Made by a program: the position numbers and the translations under genes. The notes beneath the pieces are model-generated. The model worked only from the letters and a program-made list of their open reading frames with translations. It did no database searches and had not been told where the DNA came from. A stretch of 64,000 nucleotides of DNA from an uncultured Solibacteraceae bacterium (GTDB taxonomy: Bacteria; Acidobacteriota; Vicinamibacteria; Vicinamibacterales; SCN-69-37). Position 1 is the first letter of the stretch. The number at the start of each line of letters is the position of its first letter. Of the stretch, positions 43,685 through 51,866 are shown piece by piece. The stretch is taken from assembly GCA_964343975.1 (NCBI GenBank), contig CAYFLU010000002.1, positions 7,082 to 71,081 of the forward strand, given 5' to 3'.

Positions 43685-45526
43685 ATGTGTGGGATTGCCG
43701 GATATACCGGGCCCGTGCGCCCGGGGCGCATCGAGGCCATGACCGCGGCGATGACGCATCGCGGCCCTGACGATGACGGGTTCTTCGAGGGCGAGCGGGT
43801 GCATCTCGGGATGCGTCGTCTCTCGATCGTGGATCTCGCCACCGGCAAGCAACCGAAGCACAGCGCGCACGGCGCGGTGACGCTGGTGTTCAACGGCGAG
43901 ATCTACAACTACGTGGAACTGCGCCGCGAACTGGAAGCGCGCGGTCACGTCTTTGAAAGCCGGTCGTCGGACACCGAGGTGATCGCGGTCCTCTACGAGG
44001 AGTACGGGCCGGCGTTTGTGGATCACATGGTCGGCATGTTCGCGATCGCGTTGTATGACGCTCGGATCGACGAACTGTGGCTCGTGCGCGATCGCCTCGG
44101 GAAGAAGCCGATTTACTACCGGCACGATCCGGTCACCGGCCAATTGGAGTTTGCGAGTGAGTTCCCCGTGATCGCCCTCGACGATCTGGCGGCGCATATC
44201 GACCGCGGATCTCTGGCGTGGTACTTCAGCCAGAAGGCCATGCCGGCGGAGGGGACGATCGACGATCGCGTGCGCAAGGTGCCGCCTGGGGCGATGCTGC
44301 GCTGCCGTCTCGGAGACGGGACGGTTCGGATCGAACGGTACTGGCACGGCCCGGCGCTGCCGCGCACGCAGCCGCTCGAGACGGACGAGGGGCGTGCGGT
44401 GGATCAGATCGAGTCGCTGCTCACCGAGGCCGTGCGTCTGCGGATGCGCGCCGACGTGGAGGTCGGCGCATTTCTCAGTGGCGGCATTGATTCCAGCCTG
44501 GTCGTCGCACTCGCATCACGCTGCACCGACAAGCCGCTCAAGACCTATTGCCTGACCTACGAACAGGCGATCAATGAAAAGGCGACGGATCGGGCGATGT
44601 CGCGGCGGGTCGCCGAGCGCTATGGGACCGACCATCGGGAAGTGCTGCTGACGCCCGACGGGCTGATCTCGGCGCTCCCCGACATCGTGGCGCACTACGG
44701 GCAGCCGAACTCGGCGGTCATCTCGAACTGGTTCATCTCGCGCGAGATGGGCAAGGTATTCAAGGTCGCCCTGAGTGGCGATGGCGCCGACGAGTTGTTT
44801 GGCTCGTATTTCCTGCACCGGACGGCCGCCGCGCTCGAAGCGTACCGCCGCACGCGACGCGAGGACGTGCTCGCGGGCCTGCCGGCGGCCGAAGCGGCCT
44901 TCGTGCGCGACGCGGCAGGAGAGTCGTTCGCCGAGGTCCTCGACCGCTTTGCGGTGTTCCGCGATGCCGAGATCGCCCAACTGATGGCCCCGCAGGGCAT
45001 TCGCCCCGGAGAAATCTTGGCCCTGCTCGACGCGCGGGCCGCCCAACTGACCTGCGACGATCCGCTGGATCGGATGCTCGAGTTCGACTGCCAGAACCTG
45101 TTGGTCGATCAGATCCTGAACTACTCGGATACGTTGTCGATGGCGCATTCTCTGGAAGTGCGGACGCCGTTTCTTGACCACCGCCTCGTCGAGTACGTCT
45201 TCACGCTCTCACCGCGATTGAAGATCAAGGACGGCGTCACGAAGTCCCTCTTGAAACAGGTGGCCTTGCGCCACCTGCCGCCTGAACTCGTGCATCGCCG
45301 GAAGGAGGGCTTTGTCGAGCCGGCCGTGTACTGGATCGCCGACGAGATGAAGGACTTCTGCCTGAGCTATCTGGAGTCGCCGACGTTCAACCGGCTGGGC
45401 CTGCTGGACCGCGCCTACGTTCGCACGGTGGTGGATCGGTTCTACCGCGACCGCGCTTTCGACGTGGGGAAGAAGGTCTGGAATCTGTTGATGTTTGCCC
45501 TGTGGGAGCGCAGCCTGCCGGCCTGA
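43685..45526 (+). CDS. asnB: Asparagine synthase (glutamine-hydrolysing) family amidotransferase, copy 1
   Basis: The N-terminal MCGIAG is the Ntn-glutaminase nucleophile. The PP-loop is FLSGGIDSS. It is 613 aa. Confidence 0.85.
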   Translation: MCGIAGYTGPVRPGRIEAMTAAMTHRGPDDDGFFEGERVHLGMRRLSIVDLATGKQPKHSAHGAVTLVFNGEIYNYVELRRELEARGHVFESRSSDTEVIAVLYEEYGPAFVDHMVGMFAIALYDARIDELWLVRDRLGKKPIYYRHDPVTGQLEFASEFPVIALDDLAAHIDRGSLAWYFSQKAMPAEGTIDDRVRKVPPGAMLRCRLGDGTVRIERYWHGPALPRTQPLETDEGRAVDQIESLLTEAVRLRMRADVEVGAFLSGGIDSSLVVALASRCTDKPLKTYCLTYEQAINEKATDRAMSRRVAERYGTDHREVLLTPDGLISALPDIVAHYGQPNSAVISNWFISREMGKVFKVALSGDGADELFGSYFLHRTAAALEAYRRTRREDVLAGLPAAEAAFVRDAAGESFAEVLDRFAVFRDAEIAQLMAPQGIRPGEILALLDARAAQLTCDDPLDRMLEFDCQNLLVDQILNYSDTLSMAHSLEVRTPFLDHRLVEYVFTLSPRLKIKDGVTKSLLKQVALRHLPPELVHRRKEGFVEPAVYWIADEMKDFCLSYLESPTFNRLGLLDRAYVRTVVDRFYRDRAFDVGKKVWNLLMFALWERSLPA

Positions 45527-45553
45527 TTGCCAGATCGGCCTCCGGGGCGTACG

Positions 45554-45970
45554 ATGGTTCTACCGATGTCGCATGTGGTCTTTTATGACGGGCTCTGCGG
45601 GTTCTGCAGCCGGGTGACGCAGTTCATCCTGGCCCGCGACCGGCACGACCGTTTCCGGTTCGCGCAACTGCAGGGGCAGTTTGCGAGCGATACGCTCCGT
45701 CCGCGCGGGTTCGATCCCACCGACCTCGACACCATGTACGTGCTAACTGCGGATGGGCGCGTACTGTCGAAAGCCCGCGCCGCGCTGTTCATCGGACGTG
45801 CACTGGGCGGGTGGCTGGGGGGCGTGTCGCGCGGGCTGTCCCTGTTGCCTTCAGGCCTCCTGAATTGGGGCTACGACCGCGTGGCGCATTCCCGCTATCA
45901 GCTGTTCGGCAAGGTCGACATGTGTCTCCTGCCGTCCGAGAGCGAGCGGCGCAAGTTCATCGTGGGCTGA
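45554..45970 (+). CDS. DCC-family thiol-disulfide oxidoreductase (DUF393)
   Basis: VVFYDGLCGFCSRVTQFILARDRHDRFRFAQLQ carries the C-x-x-C motif. The start is uncertain: TTG 45527, ATG 45554 or ATG 45566. Confidence 0.7.
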   Translation: MVLPMSHVVFYDGLCGFCSRVTQFILARDRHDRFRFAQLQGQFASDTLRPRGFDPTDLDTMYVLTADGRVLSKARAALFIGRALGGWLGGVSRGLSLLPSGLLNWGYDRVAHSRYQLFGKVDMCLLPSESERRKFIVG

Positions 45971-45976
45971 GCGCTG

Positions 45977-46534
45977 ATGCGGCTGCTTGTATATGGTTCG
46001 AAAGACTTCAGCCGCGTGATCCGGGTCTTGGCCGCCGACTGCGGACATGAGGTGGTCGGGTGCATCGATGACTTCGCGGCAGGGCCGGAGATCCTCGGGA
46101 CGTTTGCCGAGACGCGTACCGTGATGCCTCCGGCCGCCGATCTCGGTGTGGTCATCGCCATCGGCTACGAACATATTCCCGCACGCTGGCAGGTGTTCGA
46201 GCGGGTGCGCGAGGCCGGCTATCAGACGCCGGCGCTGGTGCATCCCTCGGCGCTCGTGCACCGGTTGGCGCAGATTGGGGACGGTGCCTTCGTCATGGCC
46301 GGAGCGAACATCGATCTCGGCGCGACGATCGGGCCGCTTGCGGTGGTGTGGCCTGGTGTCATCGTGAGCCACGAATCCCACGTCGGCGCCAACACGTTCC
46401 TGTCACCGGGGGCCATTCTCTGTGGTCTCGTGTCGGTCGGCGAGGGGGCCTTCGTGGGAGCGGGCGCCGTCGTGGCGGATCATCGCACCGTGCCGGCCGG
46501 CACGTTCATCAGAGCGGCACACCTCTACAAGTGA
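45977..46534 (+). CDS. NeuD/PglD-family hexapeptide-repeat sugar acyltransferase
   Basis: The N-terminus is a Rossmann-like MRLLVYGSKDFSRVIRVLAADCGHEVVGCIDD. The C-terminus is a left-handed beta-helix with hexapeptide repeats (IGDGAFVMAGANI, IGPLAVVWPGVIV, VGANTFLSPGAIL, VGEGAFVGAGAVV). Confidence 0.75.
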   Translation: MRLLVYGSKDFSRVIRVLAADCGHEVVGCIDDFAAGPEILGTFAETRTVMPPAADLGVVIAIGYEHIPARWQVFERVREAGYQTPALVHPSALVHRLAQIGDGAFVMAGANIDLGATIGPLAVVWPGVIVSHESHVGANTFLSPGAILCGLVSVGEGAFVGAGAVVADHRTVPAGTFIRAAHLYK

Positions 46535-47322
46535 CCTCACTGCGACTGGACGCTTGGTCCACGGACATGCTCCGTGCGGCGCGGAACGCGAGCGATCGAC
46601 TGGGCGTCGTGATTCCGGTCGGCGCGGTCGAGCAGCACGGCGCGCACCTGCCCGTCACCTGCGACACCGACATCGCGGTGGGCGCGGCCGCCGCGGTGTC
46701 CGACGCGCTGGAGCAGACGGGGCGGTATCGAGCCTGGGTCGCGCCGGCCATTCCTTACGGACCAGTGCCGGGAGCCGACCTCACGCCTGGGACATCGGCC
46801 GTCAGTTTCGACGTGCTGGGCGCCTACCTGTCGGCGGTCGTCGACGGATTCGCCGTGACGCGGCAGTGGGACTTCCTCGTCATGGTCAACGCGCACGCGC
46901 ACAACCACGGCCGCGTCATCGAAGCGTCGAGTCGTGCCTTTACGGCACATCGGGTGCCCGCGATCGTTCTGCAGGTCTACGAGTTCATGTCGGTGTGCGA
47001 TGGACTCGATCTGGTGCCGGGATCGCACGGGGCGGAGTTCGAGATCGCGCTGCACCACTTTTACACCGGCGCCTCTCCCATCCCCGGCCGTGTTCCCGAT
47101 GTCACGCCGCGGCCACGGCCGGCGTCGATCTACGGATTGGATCTGCTCCCGCGATCGCGCGGCGGCATCATCGGCCCCAACGTGCCGGATGTCGATCGCG
47201 CACGCCGGGCGGCGCCGGACGTGGGCCGGCGGATCAATGCCGCGATGGCGGCGCGCGCGATCGGCGACCTCGACACCTTCGAGGCGCACTGGCGGGAATC
47301 GCAGGACCGGGAGGCGCGGTGA
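46531..47322 (+). CDS. Creatininase-fold amidohydrolase family protein
   Basis: GTG 46531 forms a GTGA junction. VVIPVGAVEQHGAHLP is the family metal motif, followed by MVNAHAHN. Confidence 0.7.
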   Translation: MTSLRLDAWSTDMLRAARNASDRLGVVIPVGAVEQHGAHLPVTCDTDIAVGAAAAVSDALEQTGRYRAWVAPAIPYGPVPGADLTPGTSAVSFDVLGAYLSAVVDGFAVTRQWDFLVMVNAHAHNHGRVIEASSRAFTAHRVPAIVLQVYEFMSVCDGLDLVPGSHGAEFEIALHHFYTGASPIPGRVPDVTPRPRPASIYGLDLLPRSRGGIIGPNVPDVDRARRAAPDVGRRINAAMAARAIGDLDTFEAHWRESQDREAR

Positions 47323-48014
47323 ACGTCGCTGTGCTGCAGTCGAACTATCTGCCGTGGCGCGGGTACTTCGACATCATTCACGACGTCGACACGTTCGTGT
47401 TCTATGACGACGTGCAGTACACCGTGAATGACTGGCGCAATCGCAATCGGATCAAGACCGCAAACGGTCCGGTGTGGCTCACGATTCCGGTGGGCAATCA
47501 AAATGACCGGCGGATCTGCGACGTGGAATTGCGCGACCCGAGCTGGGCGCGCAAGCACTGGCGCACCATTGAACAGGCGTACGGGCGCGCGCCGCATTTC
47601 GCGGTGGTCGCGCCCTTTCTGCGCGACCTGTATGCGCAACCATGGACGTCGCTCTCCGCACTGAACCAGTACGCGATCACGACCATCGCGCGCGAGTTCC
47701 TCGGCATCCGCACGACGTTTCGTGATTCCCGCGAGTTCCCGCTCGATGGACAGAAGGGCGACCGGTTGCTCGACCTGTTGCGGCAGGTGGGGGCGACCGA
47801 CTACGTGAGCGGGCCGTCGGCCCAAGCCTATCTCGACGTGGCGGCGTACGCCGATGCCGGGATTCGCGTGCGCTGGAAGGACTACAGCGACTATCCGACG
47901 TATCCCCAAATGCACGGCGACTTCCTGCCGGCCGTCTCGATCATCGATGTGCTCGTGCAGTGCGGGCCGGGGGCGGCAGAGGTGATCTGGGGCCATCGGG
48001 AGCGTGTGTCATGA
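47319..48014 (+). CDS. WbqC-family protein
   Basis: GTG 47319 forms a GTGA junction. VAVLQSNYLPWRGYFDIIHDVDTFVFYDDVQYTVNDWRNRNRI and WLTIPV are the WbqC-like N-terminal signature. Confidence 0.7.
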   Translation: MNVAVLQSNYLPWRGYFDIIHDVDTFVFYDDVQYTVNDWRNRNRIKTANGPVWLTIPVGNQNDRRICDVELRDPSWARKHWRTIEQAYGRAPHFAVVAPFLRDLYAQPWTSLSALNQYAITTIAREFLGIRTTFRDSREFPLDGQKGDRLLDLLRQVGATDYVSGPSAQAYLDVAAYADAGIRVRWKDYSDYPTYPQMHGDFLPAVSIIDVLVQCGPGAAEVIWGHRERVS

Positions 48015-48841
48015 CGATCGATATTCGCGCGTGGACCGATGCGCTTGAGCAGGATGCACACGGCATCTGGCGCGCGCCATCGGCGCGAGCGGTGTCGTAT
48101 CCCGAACACGACAATGCGGTGTGTTTTCAGATCGAGGATGGATCGCCCTGGTTTCGTCACCGGAATGAGTGCTTGGTGACCATGCTGAAGCGCTTTCCAC
48201 CCGGCGGGCCCATCGTCGAGATTGGCGCGGGCAACGGCTTTGTGGCTCGGCGTTTCATCGACGAGGGGTGCCCGACCGCGGTTCTCGAGCCCGGCCCGGA
48301 CGGCGCACAGAATGCGCGTGACGGGCGCGGCATTCCCGATGTCATCTGTGCGACGCTGCAGGACGCGGGGTTTCGCTCGGGCGTGCTGCCGGCGGTCGGT
48401 CTGTTCGACGTGCTCGAGCACATTGAAGATGATCGCGGCGTGGTGGACGAACTGGCGCGCGTTCTTCGGCCAGGCGGTCGTGTGTATCTGACCGTGCCGT
48501 CGCCGCCATGGCTGTATTCCATCAAGGATGTGGACGCTCAGCACTACCGGCGCTACAGCATCGATCAGCTGACGTCGCTCTTCGGCGATCGGTTTGCGGT
48601 CGACTACGCGACGTATTTCTTCGCCGCGCTGACGCTGCCGACCTTGCTCCTCCGTGCCGTGCCGTACCGGCTGGGATTGGCGCGACCGCGAACGTCTGAA
48701 CAGTACGCCGCAGAACACGAGCGGGGACAGCAAGCCGGCGGGTGGTTGACCCGGCTGTTCGATGCGGAACTTCAGAAGATTCGGGCCGGACGCGTGCTCA
48801 GGTACGGCACCAGCCTGTTGTTCGTCGCCCGGCGACGCTAA
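48011..48841 (+). CDS. Class I SAM-dependent methyltransferase
   Basis: ATG 48011 forms an ATGA junction. Motifs are IVEIGAGNGFVARRF, VGLFDVLEHIEDD, and LRPGGRVYLTVP. Confidence 0.75.
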   Translation: MTIDIRAWTDALEQDAHGIWRAPSARAVSYPEHDNAVCFQIEDGSPWFRHRNECLVTMLKRFPPGGPIVEIGAGNGFVARRFIDEGCPTAVLEPGPDGAQNARDGRGIPDVICATLQDAGFRSGVLPAVGLFDVLEHIEDDRGVVDELARVLRPGGRVYLTVPSPPWLYSIKDVDAQHYRRYSIDQLTSLFGDRFAVDYATYFFAALTLPTLLLRAVPYRLGLARPRTSEQYAAEHERGQQAGGWLTRLFDAELQKIRAGRVLRYGTSLLFVARRR

Positions 48842-49725
48842 CGTCCGAGCTGTTCTCTCACGCGCGGGAATGTGGCCCGCGCGCCCGCCGCGGTTCGCGC
48901 CGACTCGATGCGGATCATCCCTGATCCGCAGATCACCTCGGGCCGGCCCTCGTCGAGTCGCCAGATCTTTCCCGCGTGCCGCTCTTCGAACCGGAGGTCA
49001 GCAATGACTTCGACGGTATCGACGATGATGGGGTCGCCACCGTAGGTCGTGCGCGCGCCTTCGTACGGCCAGCCCACCGCATCCACGAACCGTCGCACCC
49101 TCTCCGCCGGCCACGACCAGTCGATCGCATAGTCGTGCGGACCGCGCCACACGCTGTACGTGGCGCGTGACTCATCCTGAGGGACCGCGCTGTCGATCAG
49201 TCGTCCACGGCCCACCAACGCCAGCACCTGGCGTCCCGCTTCGGTGTAGCACCCGGCGAGTCGCTGATAGGCCTCACGAATGGTGATCGGGTACGTGATG
49301 CTGGCTGGCGCCTGCGCGTACACGGGGCCCGCGTCAAACGCTTCAACCGGACGGAACGCTGTGACGCCAATCGTCGTTCGGCCGGCGATCAGTGCCGTGG
49401 CGGTGGGCGCAAAACCACGGACCTCGGGCAGCAGAGAATCGTGGAACACCACCAGACGCTCGAGCGCCGCGGCGATCAGGTACTGCCAGCCGGCGACGAA
49501 CACGTGATCGGCGTGGGCCAGTTGCGCCTCGTCGATCGCCTCGCGTTCGACGAACGCGTAGCCATGCGTCCGGCAGAACTCGCGAACCAGCCGATACGCG
49601 TCCACCTGCAGGCCCCGTACTGGATGCGATGAGACAAAGGCCACGTCGCAATCGCGATGGAGTCCTTCGAGCAGACTGAATCCCTTGGGGCCCGAGACGA
49701 GGAAGCCGATGCGGGGACGGCTCAT
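48838..49725 (-). CDS. Formyltransferase (Fmt/ArnA-N-terminal/sugar N-formyltransferase type) with a C-terminal Fmt-like domain
   Basis: The motif is VVFHDSLLPEVRGFAPTATALIAG, followed by IGVTAFRPVEAFDAGPV. Its start overlaps the upstream minus-strand gene by ATGA. Confidence 0.75.
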   Translation of the reverse strand: MSRPRIGFLVSGPKGFSLLEGLHRDCDVAFVSSHPVRGLQVDAYRLVREFCRTHGYAFVEREAIDEAQLAHADHVFVAGWQYLIAAALERLVVFHDSLLPEVRGFAPTATALIAGRTTIGVTAFRPVEAFDAGPVYAQAPASITYPITIREAYQRLAGCYTEAGRQVLALVGRGRLIDSAVPQDESRATYSVWRGPHDYAIDWSWPAERVRRFVDAVGWPYEGARTTYGGDPIIVDTVEVIADLRFEERHAGKIWRLDEGRPEVICGSGMIRIESARTAAGARATFPRVREQLGR

Positions 49726-50693
49726 GCGCGTTCTTCCGTCGTCGCCGACGCGCCGGGTCGCGTGGTGTCGGTGATGAAGTAGAGCGGCCGCTTCTTGGTT
49801 TCGTTGAAGACCTTGCCGAGGTACAACCCGTTCAAGCCGAGAATCACGATGATGAGGCCCGCCAGAAAGTACAGCGACACGATCAGACTGGTCCAGCCCA
49901 GCACCGGCGATCCGAAGAAGACGACTTTCGTGAGGAACCAGAGACCGGCGAGCACGGCGAGTCCCGCGACGACGAACCCGAACCGGATGGCCAGCCGCAG
50001 GGGTTTGTCGCTGTAGGCCACGATGGTATCGACGCCCAACTTGAGCAACTTCCTGTAGGTGTACGTACTGCGTCCGTGCGTGCGGGCGTCATGCCGCACC
50101 TCGATGGCCGCGGTGCGGAATCCGGTCCAATCAACCAGAGCGGCGAAGAACCGCAACTGTTCGCGCAAGGCACACACGGCGTTGACGACCTTCCGGGACA
50201 TGATGCGGAAGTTCCGCACGCGTCCGTCGAATCGGACATCGGTCAGATAGCTGAACGCCTGATAAAAGCCCCAGGAAATGGCGCGTTTCAGCGGCGGATC
50301 CGCGCGTTCGGCGCGCAAGGCCAGCACGATGTCGAAGCCGTCGAGTGCCTTGCGGTACAACGCCGGAATGCCTTCCGGCGGGTCCTGCAGGTCGCAGTCC
50401 ATGACGACGACCCAGCGGCCCACGCTCGCATCGAGTCCAGCGGTAATGGCGTAGTGCTGACCGAAATTCCGGCTGAGCTGCAGCCCCACGACACGCGGGT
50501 CGCGCGCGCTGAGCGCCCGGATCATCTCCCACGACCGGTCTCCGCCGCCGTCTTCGACGAGCACCAGCTCGTAGTGGGCGGTGAGTGGGCTCAGGGCAGC
50601 CGTCAGCCGCGTATAGAGCTCGTCGAGACAGGCCTCCGCCCGATACACCGGAACGACGACGGAAATGTCTGGGACGCGCGGGTCGCTGGCCAC
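49722..50693 (-). CDS. ArnC-like GT2 polyprenyl-phosphate (formamido/amino)sugar transferase
   Basis: Motifs are ISVVVPVYRAEACL, YELVLVEDGGGDRS, SRNFGQHYAITAGL, and VVMDCDLQDPPE. It has two C-terminal TM helices. The start is GTG at 50693. Confidence 0.8.
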   Translation of the reverse strand: MASDPRVPDISVVVPVYRAEACLDELYTRLTAALSPLTAHYELVLVEDGGGDRSWEMIRALSARDPRVVGLQLSRNFGQHYAITAGLDASVGRWVVVMDCDLQDPPEGIPALYRKALDGFDIVLALRAERADPPLKRAISWGFYQAFSYLTDVRFDGRVRNFRIMSRKVVNAVCALREQLRFFAALVDWTGFRTAAIEVRHDARTHGRSTYTYRKLLKLGVDTIVAYSDKPLRLAIRFGFVVAGLAVLAGLWFLTKVVFFGSPVLGWTSLIVSLYFLAGLIIVILGLNGLYLGKVFNETKKRPLYFITDTTRPGASATTEERA

Positions 50694-50732
50694 GGTTCGC
50701 AGGCCCGATTATGGCATGTAAGATAAGTGACA
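50694..50732. promoter_or_regulatory. Short divergent intergenic region with a local AT-rich patch and back-to-back -10-like hexamers
   Basis: The sequence is gttcgcaggcccGATTATGgcatgTAAGATaagtgaca. TAAGAT lies at 50719-50724 on the plus strand, 8 nt before ATG 50733. CATAAT lies on the minus strand at 50708-50713, 14 nt before GTG 50693. This is the only strand-switch region with room for promoters. Confidence 0.25.
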
Positions 50733-51866
50733 ATGCAGCGAAACCCTGTGCCGTTCAATCGCCCCTCGCTGGCGGGCGCGGAGTTCGAGTACATGAAGGC
50801 CGCCATCGACGCCATGCAGATCTCGGGCAATGGTCCGTTCGGTCGTCGGTGTGAGCAAGCGCTCGAGGCCGCGATTGGTGCGCCGAAGGCGCTGTTGACG
50901 ACCTCCTGCACGCACGCGATCGAGATGGCGGCGATGTTGCTCGACCTGCAGCCGGGCGATGAGGTGATCGTGCCGGCCTTCACGTTCGTCACGACCGTCA
51001 CGCCGTTCGTGCTGCGTGGCGCCACGCCGGTGTTCGTCGATGTCCGCCCGGATACGCTGAATCTCGACGAGCGTCTGGTGGCCGCGGCGATCACGCCGCG
51101 GACGCGCGCCATCGTGCCCGTGCACTATGCCGGTGTGGGATGCGAAATGGACGCGCTGCTCGACATCGCCCGCACGCACGGCCTGCGGGTGATCGAAGAC
51201 AACGCGCATGGATTGTTCGGGGCCTACAAGGGGCGGCCGCTCGGCAGTCTCGGCGCCGCCTCGACGCTGTCCTTCCACGAAACGAAGAATTTCACGTGTG
51301 GCGAGGGCGGTGCGCTCGTCATCAATGAGCCGGCGTGGATTGAGCGCGCCGAGATCTTGCGCGAAAAGGGGACGGATCGCAGCCGGTTCTTTCGCGGGCA
51401 AGTCGACAAATACACATGGGTCGACATCGGCTCGAGCTATGTGCCGTCGGAGATTCTCGCGGCGTTCCTGCTCGCGCAACTGGAAGCGCGTGACGCGATC
51501 CAGGCCACGCGCGCCCGGCTGTGGCACACCTACAACGACGCGCTGGCAGGGTGGTGCGAATCCTCGGGTGTTCGTCGACCGTTCATTCCGGCTCACTGTG
51601 ATCAGTCGTTCCACATGTTCTACCTGCTGTTTCCGTCGCTCGAGGACCGTCAGTGGGCCATTGTCCAGTTGAAGGCGCACGGCGTACAGGCCGTCTTTCA
51701 CTATCAGGCGCTCCATTTGTCGGACATGGGGCAGAAGTTCGGTGGACGGCCGGGGCAGTGTCCGGTGACCGAAGGCCTCGCCGACCGGCTGCTGCGTCTG
51801 CCGTTCTACAACGCGTTGACGGCCGACCAACAGGCGCACGTGATCGAGGCTGTGCAGGCCTGTTGA
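50733..51866 (+). CDS. wecE: dTDP-4-amino-4,6-dideoxygalactose transaminase (WecE/RffA type; DegT/DnrJ/EryC1 family)
   Basis: It is near-collinear with my memory of E. coli WecE. Shared segments include VPFNRP...EFEYM, PGDEVIVPAFTFV, VFVDVRPDTLN, IVPVHYAGVGCEMD, LSFHETKNFTCGEGGAL, EKGTDRSRFFRGQVDKYTWVDIGSSY, and HMFYLLFP. GTG 50727 is an alternative start. Confidence 0.85.
   Translation: MQRNPVPFNRPSLAGAEFEYMKAAIDAMQISGNGPFGRRCEQALEAAIGAPKALLTTSCTHAIEMAAMLLDLQPGDEVIVPAFTFVTTVTPFVLRGATPVFVDVRPDTLNLDERLVAAAITPRTRAIVPVHYAGVGCEMDALLDIARTHGLRVIEDNAHGLFGAYKGRPLGSLGAASTLSFHETKNFTCGEGGALVINEPAWIERAEILREKGTDRSRFFRGQVDKYTWVDIGSSYVPSEILAAFLLAQLEARDAIQATRARLWHTYNDALAGWCESSGVRRPFIPAHCDQSFHMFYLLFPSLEDRQWAIVQLKAHGVQAVFHYQALHLSDMGQKFGGRPGQCPVTEGLADRLLRLPFYNALTADQQAHVIEAVQAC

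Noticed and set aside
46531-47322. The creatininase-family protein read as creatinine catabolism or as a mycofactocin MftE peptidase.
   Set aside because: No creatinine-pathway or mycofactocin (mftA, mftB, mftC) genes are nearby. In this context a sugar or formamide amidohydrolase role is more plausible, but it remains unproven.
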